From positions 1,984,001 through 2,048,000 of the forward strand of contig JAYWIR010000012.1 of assembly GCA_036172245.1 (NCBI GenBank): a DNA stretch of 64,000 bases, in the 5' to 3' direction. Made by a program: the position numbers and the translations under genes. Shown here piece by piece: positions 39,001 through 50,850 of the stretch. Origin of the DNA: Raillietiella orientalis. Its lineage: Eukaryota. The notes beneath the pieces were generated by a model. It was not told the DNA's origin, ran no database searches, and saw nothing but the letters and a program-made list of their open reading frames with translations. Each line of letters begins with the position of its first letter. Position 1 is the stretch's first letter.

Positions 39001-42000
39001 TTTTTATCTGTTAGAATTTCATAATTCTTTGGCTGATTTTGCATTTCATTCCCTTCGCAATCTGTGCGCACTCATTCGGTCATATTGTTTTATCAGGAAT
39101 TTAGAATTAAATTATTGGCTTTAGGTCAATACATGAAAACTAAATTTTAATCTTGCATTTACTTACTCGGCGTTGCTGCTGTTGAAAAATTTATATTCTG
39201 TCATTGGATTCCCTCAGTGACATGAGATTAGCATCATTTGCATTGCTTCCATGCAAAAGCAGCATATTAAATCCCTTGAAAATTTTTATGAATTACAAAT
39301 AGCTTCTATACCGTCTCCCAGCTGCCAGAGTTTTTATTACTCCTTTCCATCCATGCAGTGTTTTATTAATTTTTGTTTCGCTAAATGGCTTGAAGATATT
39401 AATCCTTATTTCTATTGAAGAAAATATTTGTTGCAACACTAGTTATTTGTGCAGCAGCGTTGTAACAAATATTTCCCCATTTATCACATTATCTTCCAAA
39501 TCCAGCAAAGTGAAATTGCAAAGAGCTATTGGTGTTAGCTTCTGAACAAACTGTCGAAAAATTTTCGATACGCTAGTATGTTTTGTTTTGTATTTATATG
39601 ATTCTTCATGTAATTACAGGTCCCTTAGTTAGATTAGTTAGATCCCCACAAGTTAGATTCAGTTCTTGTTCCACATTTGTTTACTGTGCATTGTATTTGT
39701 GCATTTTATCCATATCAATAGTTTGATAATTGCAATAATTTTGGATTTTCTGTAATTTGCAAAAGCACACCGAATTCACTTTATCTCATTTGTTATTGAT
39801 CTGCTTATGATTTGCAATTTTCAAAAATTTATTTTCTCTTGTTAGGGTTTATGCCTGGGGATGGGGAGTTCATGGACAGTTGGGCCTCGGAAGTATTTAT
39901 GATGAGTTAGAACCAAAGCTTGTTAGTAGCCTTCTGCAAAGTGTATGTATTATTTATGGACCTTTGGTTTGTTCCAGTTATTGAAGTGACTTTTTTTTTT
40001 AAACTTTTAATAGAAAGTGAAAGATGCTTATGGAGGATATGCACATACTTGCTTTCTTAGTGACTCTGGAACTGTGTTTGTTACTGGTTCCAACTACCTA
40101 GGACAATTGGGATTTCTGGCAACAACAAAGAAACTGTGTTACCCTGTAACCCTTGAACTTTCTTGTAAGATTGACCTAATAAGTGTTGGATATTTCTATA
40201 ATGTAAGTTTGTAATTTGTGTGCTATTTAAGTTCTACCTTTGTGTCTACTTGAAAACGTATAGACAGCGGCATGGTTTGATTGTTATGTTGGATTTGTAT
40301 TATTCCTTATTCCCCCCCCGTGTTCCTATTAATACTCAAAATTTATAATTTGTAGCGGTGAAAACTCTTGAAATATGCCATGGTCTTATATAGTGTGTTA
40401 CCAAATGTGTGATCATTTTTTTTAGCTTGCTCTCAGTCAGGAAGCTGCCATTCTTTATCAGTGGGGCTGTCAATGGAAATCTAAAAGAGCTAAGACCTTT
40501 AGGGATACTGCGTGCGAATATGATGAATCATTTGATGCTTTGAATGAAGAAAACTTCATGATTCCTAAAGTTGTTGATATTGCACATCTGGAGGAAAAAA
40601 TTAGTCAGGTACATCATAAACCTACTCTTAGTTCAAGTTATGGTTTCATTATTTATTTGCATGCTTGTTTGCTTATGGGGAAACGTTCAGTGACCACATG
40701 GAGCAAATGGACAAGCGAATTTTTTTGCATGAATTTTGCGTGGTTGTCGAAAAAACTTTTACTGTTATATCAATACCAAATGGTAACATTGCTTCGCTTC
40801 GAAAATCGATAATAAGTACTTTATCGTATATTTTTTACGTTAATATGCGTTTACCGATGTACACAACTCTAGAATGTTTCTGGCAAACTTGTCTTCGAGA
40901 TTTTTCGATCCAAGTTCACCAAATAGCAAATTCCGGGAGAATGTCAGTATGAGAAATTAGTAAAGTCGGCTCAGCGTGCTCGTTTCGTGATCCTTTCGAT
41001 TCCTCTATCAATAAGTTTAGCAACTATGTTTGGCCGGAGAAGGTCATCATCATCAACATCCTAATAACCTTAATGATTCAGAGTCCTGAAATTTCAACGC
41101 AAGGAAAGTTCAGATGCTAGGTTCGCTGTTTGTGCTGTGCAGCGAGGAAAAAGAAAAACAACCAAAAGCCCAAGACCATGAAGGAGCTAAGGCAAAAAGA
41201 AATTATTGAATTGGAAAACAGGATCTGGCTTGCCCAACGAGGAGTCAGCCAGGACGGGAGTCAATCATAGGTCCTTATTCATCACCACTTCTGTTCACTA
41301 GATTCGTGTTAATTTGCTGATGTTAATGGGCTGCGTAAAACAAAACTCGAAGAACTTTTGTTTTACTTCTTCGAGTTTTGTTTTTGAACTGAGAAAAACG
41401 GCGATAGAGTTTTGAAACTCCGGAAGGGCACATTTAAAAAGAACGATGAGCAAAACACATTCGGTGGTAAAAAATTAAACTTCATTTTTGTGGAAACGTA
41501 ATGATCAATAGAAACGCAAGCAAATGTGAGGAAAGCGTTGAAATATTAAACCTAAGCTCTGGTGGCACTTCCAGTTACATGAAGCTGTACTTCTTTCCTC
41601 GCAAACTGTTGCCGAATGGGCTGCATTTCACTTGGCTTTAAACTTCATTCAAAATTCATCAAAGAAATCCGCATAGGACAACGGATGTGAAGGTCAAGAT
41701 TGCATCTTCCCGATGGATGCCCTCGAAACTAAGTGATCCCAGAAGCAGAACCCACTATGGCAACGCGACAAGCCACAGTACATTGAATAGCCCTCTTTTG
41801 TATTCTTTTCTGTTCCTAGTAGAATACAAAATACAAACATTTATACATTACACGCTTACCGACCATTACTATATTATAGAATATTATGTACATGGTATTC
41901 ATAAATAAAAGCATATCTTGACTCCTCCCCGAAGACATAATAATTAATAAAGGTCATGGTTATATAAAATGCCAGGTGCCATATCGTATACTTCATGAAT

Positions 42001-45000
42001 TATTGGTTAATGTAATGTGTTTGTATTAAACTATATTTTCACATCTTTTTGACTGTATACCTTCATTCCTTCATCTCAGCGGTGCATCAACTTACTGTAT
42101 GACAGCTCCAGAGTCAGCATATTCGTTATGGTCGAAACTGGTTCTGAACTCCGCTTCTTCCGCCACGATGTTTTTTCTCACGCGCAGGGAAAAACGAAGA
42201 GACACCAATGTTTAGTTTTGGCACACGGTCTGAGAACTCACTATTATCATTCTCAGAAGAGGCTTTTGAGGATGTGCTGAGCTTTATAGAGTGGAAAACT
42301 TCATGCTGTCAGAAAGCTCCACTCCAAAAGTTTGGCACTCTGTGTGGTGACGGCGGTAAATGTGGTATGCGGTACTCGAACGTTAGCTGCCAAAGAAAAA
42401 GTCTTCTATCGAAAAAGAGCATTTCGCCTTACGTCATCGGGAAAGGCAGCCAGCATAATTGCAGACGCCGAAAAGGTCCACCCAGCGTTTCCGTTGGCAC
42501 CTGCCGTCATCAGCCCATATCATGCAGATGGTTTTGCTGGTCACGAAAACAATGCCATAGTGGAGCATCGTCTGAAAACCTTTTGAACGGCTGATCTCTT
42601 GAATGGACTCGTTACGACAGGCAGAGAACCAGGCTCAGAAACCAATGGGAAGCAGTTTTCGTCCAGAGTTTCGAACCTTTTTACAGATGCTGCGCCACGT
42701 GCACCACATCGTGCAGGACGACTAAAGCAGCGCTGTGCGAATTCTGTTGCGACGTGTTACGCTCAGCTTCTCATGATGAAGCCTCCGTAATAGAGTGATG
42801 TTTTGCCTCCGGCGACACGCAAACCGGCACGACGTTCAGCGCAAGAATGAGTGCCAGAGGCAGTTGAGGGATTCTGTTCGGTGTGCGCCTGCGTGTGTGC
42901 TTTCTGGGAACCACTTTTGAGAATGCGGTCGTTAATAATATTCGACTGGATTGGTTGCAGTCACTTATGGCTGATGCTGCTACTACAACTTACAGCAAAG
43001 AAGCTGCAGAAGGAAATCCGATACGATGGCCCGGATCACAGTTCTCACAACTCTGCTGAGGATGCTCAGGACATCTTGTCCTGACTTGCTACCCTTATTT
43101 AGGACGTCAGGGTTGTCTTTTTTCCTTTCCGTGACTCTTGCTCTTTCTGTCCACTGCCCGTTGTGCTTTTTCCGACGTGTCCTTCCTCCGCTTTTTCCCA
43201 AGCAGCTGGAAATCCGAGCCCGGTGAATTCGTGAAGCTGCAGCAGTGACACTTCGATGATGCTGGTGTAGCTTCCGTAATGAAGTCTCTGCACTTCAAAT
43301 TGCCGTGGTTTAAAAACAAAACCTGAGCCATTAGATCAGCTTGCTGGCTTGTTTCACCTTAGCCCTGTCGTTTGCACGAGATGCTTCCGTGTGTAACACA
43401 AAGAACTGTGTGAGGCGTTGATGCTCTCGAGGTCCGGGAATCCCTGAAGGGTTCCCGTTGCGTTCGTACTTTCTTTAAGTGAAACAGGAAATGCAAATCC
43501 ATTGATGCGTTTAATTTTAAAATTCCCTTTGCAGCGTACCGGAAAAATTCCATTTTAGTAGAAAAATTTCGTTTGCTTTAGCGTTTGTGTGTGGTCGCTA
43601 CCTCCCATGATTGATAATCTTGAAAGATCTTTCTTTGGAAGATTGGTTTTTCCAGCCCTCGATCAGCCTTAATTTATATCCGTGTCTTTTATATCCTCTC
43701 TGCCTTTCAGACGTGATAAAGATAGCATCTTTATTGTGTTTGAAGGTTTACGCTGCTCAGGCGGCTTGCTCTTGATTACCATATGAAAAGGCCATGCATT
43801 TAAGAATTTCTCTCTTGCACGGGCTTCTATTTGAAAAATTGCCATTTCGAAATTACCTGACTCCATGGACGAAAAGGAAGTTCTTGTGAACTTCTATGCT
43901 TCATAAAAAAAAAAAAAAATTTGCGAACCTTGTCCAACATGCATGCGTGTTTTGAGGGCTCTTTTGAAGATGAAGGGAAACATCGTTCTGTCATTCAAAG
44001 GTCCCATTACGGAATTTTTGATTGAATTTTTTTTGGGGAGGAAGATCACTCGAATGGGAATGAGAAGTTCTAATAAACGTCATCAAGTATGCCTTACTTC
44101 ACTCCCAGATTCCATCGTCTTCGCGTATCCAACGTCAATCCGAGGAAAGTTTCCAAGCGTGCTTTCCGATACAAGCCCATCGTGGGTCGAGAGATAGGCT
44201 CCTTGAAGTGAACTGAACGTCATTTGATCTTCGTGTTATTGCCCGTTCTTGAAATTTGATTCGTATGCCGCTTCAATGATCCGAAAATTTTTTATTTTTT
44301 GCTTTTGCACAATCTGTCCTTTGTGACGCATATTATCTGGGGATTGTGCATTACCTCATTTTTGAGCATTCTGATGAAGCGATTCGGGAATAAGTAGTCC
44401 TTGACAGCAGAAGGTTCTTGCTCCCTGCATTGTCTTGTCTGTGCTGAATCACGGATCGGAAGACATTTTATTCCGTAACCGAGGTTGACGTGGCTTTCGG
44501 ACGCCTGAAACGTAACATTCCTCTTCCTTCATTTCTCGTGGTTTTGTTCCTTCATCTATCCGGCTGGGAATGGAAAATTCAAGCAGCCTCGCTAATGTGA
44601 TGTCAGTCTTGAGTGGACTTGAATCGCTTGGCTTTCTTGTTTACAGCGGTCCTTATGGTCGAAATATCCCATCATGGATGCTGAATCGAGAAAGTTCTCG
44701 TGAAACAAGGAACTCCAGGAAAAGGCGAAGTCCCTCTCGATGAAATCAAGTGCACGCTTCATTTCCAGAGATCGTTTGTATTTCTGAAGCTGGAACAGCT
44801 CGCCAAAAGATCTGTATCATTCCCGAATAGTCACTTGCTATCCAAATGTTTGGTTAAATTCGCAGCTGACTGGAGTTTCCACGTGCGGAACCAATGTGGT
44901 TCCTGTGAAATTTTGTGCAAACTTGCACTCCTGCTTCATTGGGCGATAACCGATTAATTTACTAACATTAGAACTCCGGGATCCAATCTTAGCCATGCCA

Positions 45001-47294
45001 AGAAATCTTTTTAGAGATCTTTTTAAGGATTGAAGTGCTTCTTCAGACGTATTTCTTTTGAATGCAGGCCTGACCCAAGGCAGTAGCGGTGATGTCTACT
45101 TGGTCACAAGCATCCAACGGCATGCATGCGTTGCTTGCCGTTTGCTTCCGTGAGAAAAAAACAAACAAATCTGCTTGAGGAATTTTTCGTTCAGAATTGG
45201 CTTCTGACAGCTTCCATGTACCGTACGATTGATTTCGAGGGCGCATTCACGAGGGAGTTGATTCCAAGTCGTGCCAACATACAAAGCGGGCCTTCCTTTT
45301 CGTGTGCGCCACCTTTTGGAAGCGATACTTTAATTCTTGCCACATCATCTCAGTCCCGTGACTTCAAGTAAGTGGAAGTGGAACGCGAGCGTCTTCGGAG
45401 GTGGGCATTTTCGTCCATTTACCTCGTTTGGCATTTCGATTCAATGACATCTAAAGGTCTTTTGATGCACACTTGCAACATTTGCATTCTCGCTGGCAGT
45501 CAGAATGATTCCAAAACTGCTGCAGAGTCCGGCGAAGGCGCTGAAAAAGCAGATTCTTTGAATGCGACCGATACTTTCGTTTTCTTGAAAGGTGCACATG
45601 ATGAGAAAGGAGGTGAGTTGGGAGATGCAATGTTTGTGTGTGTTCGAACGGTCACGTGCTTGAAGCAACGTAAAAGCCGTAAAGCTTAATTTCTTGTGTA
45701 GATTGCTTCCGGAGGCCATCACAGTATAATAAGAACCGAACGTGGATCCTTGTATTCCTGGGGCTGCAACTTGGACTGTCAACTGGGACACGGAGGGAGG
45801 AAAACCTTAGCGAAACCTTTGAAGATCTTGGATATTGACCCATGTGCTTTCGTCTCATGCGGAAGCGACTTTTCAGTCGTACTCCTAACAAGTGGAATGG
45901 TCATGGGATGGGGTCACAATGACATTGGACAAGTACGAGTTGTTAGGTTGATCAGATTTTCACCTCCCTCATCAGTTAAACAGAGACCACTTGGACCTGG
46001 CAGATTCTGGTCAGACATTCAGATTTCCGAATTCCAAACGTGTCTTACACATTCGGAAAACATTCGGGAGACAAGCGTGTCTGCAGCAACCCACCGAAAT
46101 CCCCGAAACCAACTCCCTAGGTTGCAGTTTTGGAGAAATCGTGCTGGTAAGTCAAGCTTGGGGTGACTTTCACCTGGTTTGTGCCTTGCAGCCGGAAGTG
46201 ATTTCTATCCCACCGAATATCTACGAAATGCCCGATGCTCCCTTCGGTCCCCTGACGCTGCACGCCATCCTGGAGCTGCTTTACGGGATGTATGATGAAT
46301 CACAAGTGGAGAAAGAGGTGATTTTACGGCCTCCTCAACTGAGAGATGGACTCTTAATGTTTTGGAAAGTTGCTGGAGAAGCTGGACTTCCAGGCCCTTG
46401 CCAAGCTTTCGGCATTGCGAGGCGATTGGGAGAGTTGCCTGAAATACAATTTGGAGGCAGTTGACCGGAGCGGCTTGAGTCTGGAGGCTTCTACGAGCAA
46501 CGTCTCGTGCATTTGGGCGTGGCTCTTGGGCACGGTTCCATCGAACTATAGCCTGATGCGCGTCTGTGAGACGGTAGGGGAAACTCCACAATGCTTGGAT
46601 GCAGATGTTGATAGATGGGTAGTAGATGTTTGAATTTTGCGCGAAACATGAGTATCCCGGTCTCTTCCTTGAGTCTCTGTGCCGGCAGCATTCGGGTAGA
46701 CTGTCGGCGACTGTGTGCAGCTTGCTATTCGGGTGAGTTTCTCCGGACCGTCCCTGTCGAAAGTGTTAACATCCCCCAGATACCGCAGGCATGGGGCCGT
46801 CGACGGGGACTTTAGAGAGAAGCTGATTTCGGCATTCTCAGTGGACTTCATCGCTGAGCTGCTTGAAAGTGCGGAGCGCGACCTAGACAGTGGTAAGTTC
46901 CCGTCTTCTCCACGAGGTAGCTTGTAGGGCACTCGAAACACCTGACGAAGGTTCTGCACGCCGAATGATCGGGGAGCTTGGGTGTTCTGGAAATGGACTG
47001 CAGTTGCCTAGCACGGGCACATTGGCTTCAGGTCCTCCGCCTATATGTTTCAGCTGCAAGGGGAAACCTGAGTTCACGAGGGAGAGGGATGCTGTGATCT
47101 TCTCGTGTCAGCATTTCCTCCCCGACAAAGCGCTTTCCGCCGAGCGTGTCGCGCACTTCTCGAAGATGCTCGCAAGCTTTGGACTCGCTGACCAAGCGCG
47201 GTACGTTGCCACTCTGTTCTCAAGCGGCCCGTTGCATTGGGGCGCTTGTCCAGACTGCGTGATGAAAGATACCGTAAATTTCGATGAGGATTAA
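27041..47294 (+). CDS. Large RCC1-repeat protein, claret/GLO-4-like putative Rab32/38-family GEF; more than 20 exons
   Basis: Phase-consistent exons from ATG 27041: 27041-27156, 27526-27659 (SVSPSGKWLL, WD40-like), 29256-29357, 29680-29882 (WWE..AIGTDEGELILVDL), 29930-30155, 31505-31678, 33565-33744, 33868-34139, 34711-34888, 34940-35148, 36052-36239, 36610-36810, 36858-36977. RCC1 exons at 37019-37529 (ISCGYSHT, VSCGKQHTLAL, SWGCSYYGQLG), 39846-40608 (AWGWGVHGQLG, GGYAHT) and ~45702-45931 (IASGGHHS, SWGCNLDCQLG, VSCGSDFS). C-terminal Cys/His exon ends at TAA 47294. RCC1 repeats are clear; claret/GLO-4 orthology is recalled similarity only. Confidence 0.8.
28273..28320 (+). repeat. Imperfect (CATA)n microsatellite in an intron
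   Basis: catacatacacatacatacatatgtacgtacatacaagcatatacata. Confidence 0.8.
41337..41384. repeat. Perfect 18-bp inverted repeat with a 12-nt spacer (intronic)
   Basis: AAAACAAAACTCGAAGAA-cttttgttttac-TTCTTCGAGTTTTGTTTT. Confidence 0.95.
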
Positions 47295-48926
47295 AAGTGT
47301 GGTTCGCTCTCTCGTTCGCTCGTTGCTCTTGCCAACTTTGCACCTCGTCCGTTGTTCCCAGCGATTTTGGTGCGGTCGTCTTTCCAGCCCCACCGCATCC
47401 CCGTCACTCCTTTCGCCAAATTAACTTGTAATCGTTTTCTCGAGACACAAGTGGGATTGCGTTTTGTGCGGGCCCACATCGAATGCCGTTGAAGTTGAAT
47501 GCTGTCCGTACGCCCTTGCGATGTGTGCAAAACCGTCATCTCAAAAGGTTTCTGCTGGCATTCACTTCTTGTGAACGTTCTCGGCAAGAGGTCAGATTTA
47601 GCCGAAGAGGAAAAGCATCTGGACTGCAAGTTGGCTTTCAGGAATCGATAAGGATTGCTTTGCCCATTTTCCCGAATTCTCTTTCGCTAACCAGTTTGAG
47701 AATGCAGATGGCTTGTTTTGGGGAAAAAGTGGCACCCGAAAAAAGGCGGAGTGAATACGCATGTGCGAGAATCGACCTTTTCAGAAGTGCCTCTCAGCCG
47801 CTAGTCTCAACCCGCCGAAAGGACCTACGGCAGGCCGCGAAATGGAATCCGTGACCTTCTGCCAGTTTGCATGGTAACGTCGAGCACCGACTTAGATCGG
47901 CGATCTGGCCAAGCGTGGGCGATTCGGCGCGCACTTTAGAATCCCGACGGAATCCATCACCCAGGTTTTGTCGGAAATCCAATCAGATGGGAATGTCAGT
48001 GTCAGTCTTTTATCACCAAAGCAGCCGTTTCGCAGCTTCGCGCGAATTCACACTCGAATGCTCCACGTGCCACCCACGATGTCGGGAGAGCCTACCTGCA
48101 CCGCACTCGTTCTTTCAAGTCGTCAGGCTTCTAATCAAGTGCACTATGCGCAGAGGAATGAAATTTCTAAACATAGCACGATTAAATAAAAACCGTAGAA
48201 TACGGCGGCGGACGCCATCGTTTATTTATTTCCATCGTCAGCAGCACTCGTCTTTGACGCATAGTTTTGCGTACATACATGTCCTTTCAACGGACGTCAA
48301 CAGCCATCTTTGCCTCCGCGTGGAATGAAGGATGGCGTTCATCGAAATTCCTCATCAGATGTGCGTCAAGGTCGGATGAGGATCGTCGCCGTCTTGAACG
48401 TGTTTTGATGAATGATGCACTGCGCAAACAGAGTGACACCAAAAGGTTTTTGCTGCCATATTCACTCGTGTCGAAGTTTTCAGCAGGAGGTCAGCGAAGC
48501 GAATCAAGAGGAAACATTCGTGCAAAAGCTGCTCTCGGCAGGAAGAGAATCCAAGTCTTCGAGAACAGTTTCAAGGACGTTTGCAGCCTGTTAAAGGCGG
48601 TTCCATTGTGCATCCGCTGCCGAAGTTTGCGCTTGTGCTTCTTCCCGTTGAATTCTGCCTGGTACTTATTGCGTTCTTCTGTTTCGCTGCAGCTTTTCCC
48701 TCCAGTTTTTTTTTTTTTTTTTTTTTTTTTTCGGGTTTTTCTTTTTCTTGGTTCGCAAAGTGCCGAAGAACCGTTCGCCTCCGTGGGAAGGGGGGCTCAC
48801 CACCAACCTCTTTAAGCACCGTCTACACCATCCGAGGGTGCGTAATAACTCTTCAAGTTTATCCCGGAGGGACCACCCTATGGATCCAGGAAGGCTCCGA
48901 GGGTGGAGTCCGTTCCTCTTACGCTT

Positions 48927-49150
48927 GAAAGGGAACCCTAAAGCGAACCTCTTCCTTATTCTCTGCGGAGGGACCCTCCGGAAGGGATGGCTCTCTCGTT
49001 TCTTCACCGAAGGGTACCCGCAAGGGAACCCCTCGTTCCTTGTTTCCTACTTTGAGGAGAACCCCGAAGGGACGCTTTCCACTTTCTCTGAAGGGCGCTC
49101 CCCGAAGGGAGCAGCGCGCTTCTTGACACTCTGAGTTGCCCCCAAGGGGA
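48927..49150 (+). repeat. Degenerate tandem array of 36-45-nt units: GARGGG-N(1-4)-CCC(C)-GAAGGG plus a pyrimidine-rich linker
   Basis: Units start at about 48928, 48967, 49009, 49054, 49090 and 49133. Confidence 0.7.
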
Positions 49151-50399
49151 GTATCAGCCAGCTTCATGGTACCGGATGGAGGGTTCCCCCCCCCCTCCGA
49201 TGCGGAAGACGGCTCCAGTTTCAGAACCGGAGGGGAATCCCGAAAGGAACCGGCTCCTCGATTCCTTGAAGGACCTGGGGGTCGACATCCAATCCTGCCC
49301 AGCCAGCGGGGGCATCCGGGGGTTTCCGGCTTTCACCAGCGCCGCCTTACCTAAATATGGGCAAACCAGCGTCATCCTGTGGGAGGACTCGAAACCCACG
49401 ACCCGCCCATTCCTTGACGAACCCGCAATTCTTGGACTACGCGCGGGGATCGTAGCCACGCGGTCGCCAACGCGGGTCCAACCTACGAGCACCCTCAGTT
49501 TTCATAGAGGTCAAATAACTTGTAAATTCAGGGAACGAATCGTGTTCTGCGTTCGAGTCTTGTAATCGAAGACCTTGACTCAGCTTCAATGGGGACCTCA
49601 AATCATTTTGCTGCTTCCTTCAAGATGAACGTCGTTTCTCCTCCTGCGACCAGCGCAATCTCCGATTCCCGGGATCAAGTCGAGTAAGCAATAACGCGGG
49701 TCGAAGGATGAGCGCGAGCTTAGCACTGGCATTGGTCCGCAGCCGACAGACCCACTTACGAGGCAAGAAAACTGGGAATGATCTGCGTTCGTTCAAACGT
49801 TTGATGGGTCGCAAAGCGAGTTATGTCCCTCCCCCCTTCGGCTGCATACGCTCGCTCGCTTCTTGCTGCTTCCAGAGTATCGGTTGTTTATCACTTCATA
49901 CTGCCAGCACAGGTAGAGGAACATAACATAGGAGAAGAAGAAAGGAAGAAGAAGAAGAAAAAAAAAAACTCCATCGAGATATTCCGCTGTGAAATCCTGC
50001 AACGCTCGCGTCTCCTTAAGACACACACACAAAAAGATGCCTTCCTTGGTTCGCGGACGACGCATAGCAGACCTGGCCGCCATATAGATGGGGGGGGACC
50101 CGAACTGTAACCCTCTCCGCCATGCGCAGGGATGCATCCAGGTCGCCCGGTCGTCTGCTGGTCGATTCGCCGGGGGGGGAGGGGTTTTCGAAACAGCTGC
50201 CCCGCCCGGTCGAAATTCGATGCGAGTTGGATCTCCTTGCCGTTCCAAGTTGATTCGGGGCACTCGGAATACTTCAGAACAACGCCAGAACAACCTGCGT
50301 CTGAAACTTGCAATCCGCGAAGGTCCGACACCCTTCAAATTACGACAAGCGTTAATAATTTCTTCATAGAGTTTACCACTGATTTCTTCGTGGAAGCGA

Positions 50400-50850
50400 G
50401 TGGGCAGAGCTGGTGGTTAGGATTCCTGTGATGCAGCTTCGAAGGGCGAGGGTGCTTTCCGTAAAAAGACGGCACGGGTCCCGAAGCACAAGAACGGAAC
50501 GTTGCCACTTCAGAGTGGGTTTCAACTTCATCGCACGCTTGTTGCCCATGATGATGGCATTTTACTGACTCGAGCAACGGGAAGCAATCATTGCTAGTTC
50601 GCATTGCCCGTTGACGATTGTTCGCTCAACTGGGAGAATGGAAGGGATCAGCTGATTTGTTCCATTGGTCAAGCAGATCCCTCTAAACTGTGGAACTGAA
50701 ATGCCCTGGCCCGAAAATGAAGGGCAGGAGCAGTTGTGGACGATTTCTGGAATTCCCTTATTTTGCACGCGCCACTTATCGAAGAAGCGTGGCAACGTAT
50801 CCAAAGTTGCCAGTTTTATTGGTAGAATAGGCCGATCACAGTAGACCTCC
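50400..50850 (-). mobile_element. Degraded Ty3/Gypsy-like integrase core remnant
   Basis: GIPEIVH...QFRGICLTNG...NGQCE resembles GIPExIVSDNG..F..FC..NGI..SNGQxER. It is followed, after a frameshift, by THS...SFYGKHPR, like the TPH..SPA.L.GR.PR segment. Confidence 0.45.

Noticed and set aside
42850..43090. piggyBac-like EIRYDGPDH
   Set aside because: Single short motif; no Cys-rich tail, DDD core or terminal repeats seen.
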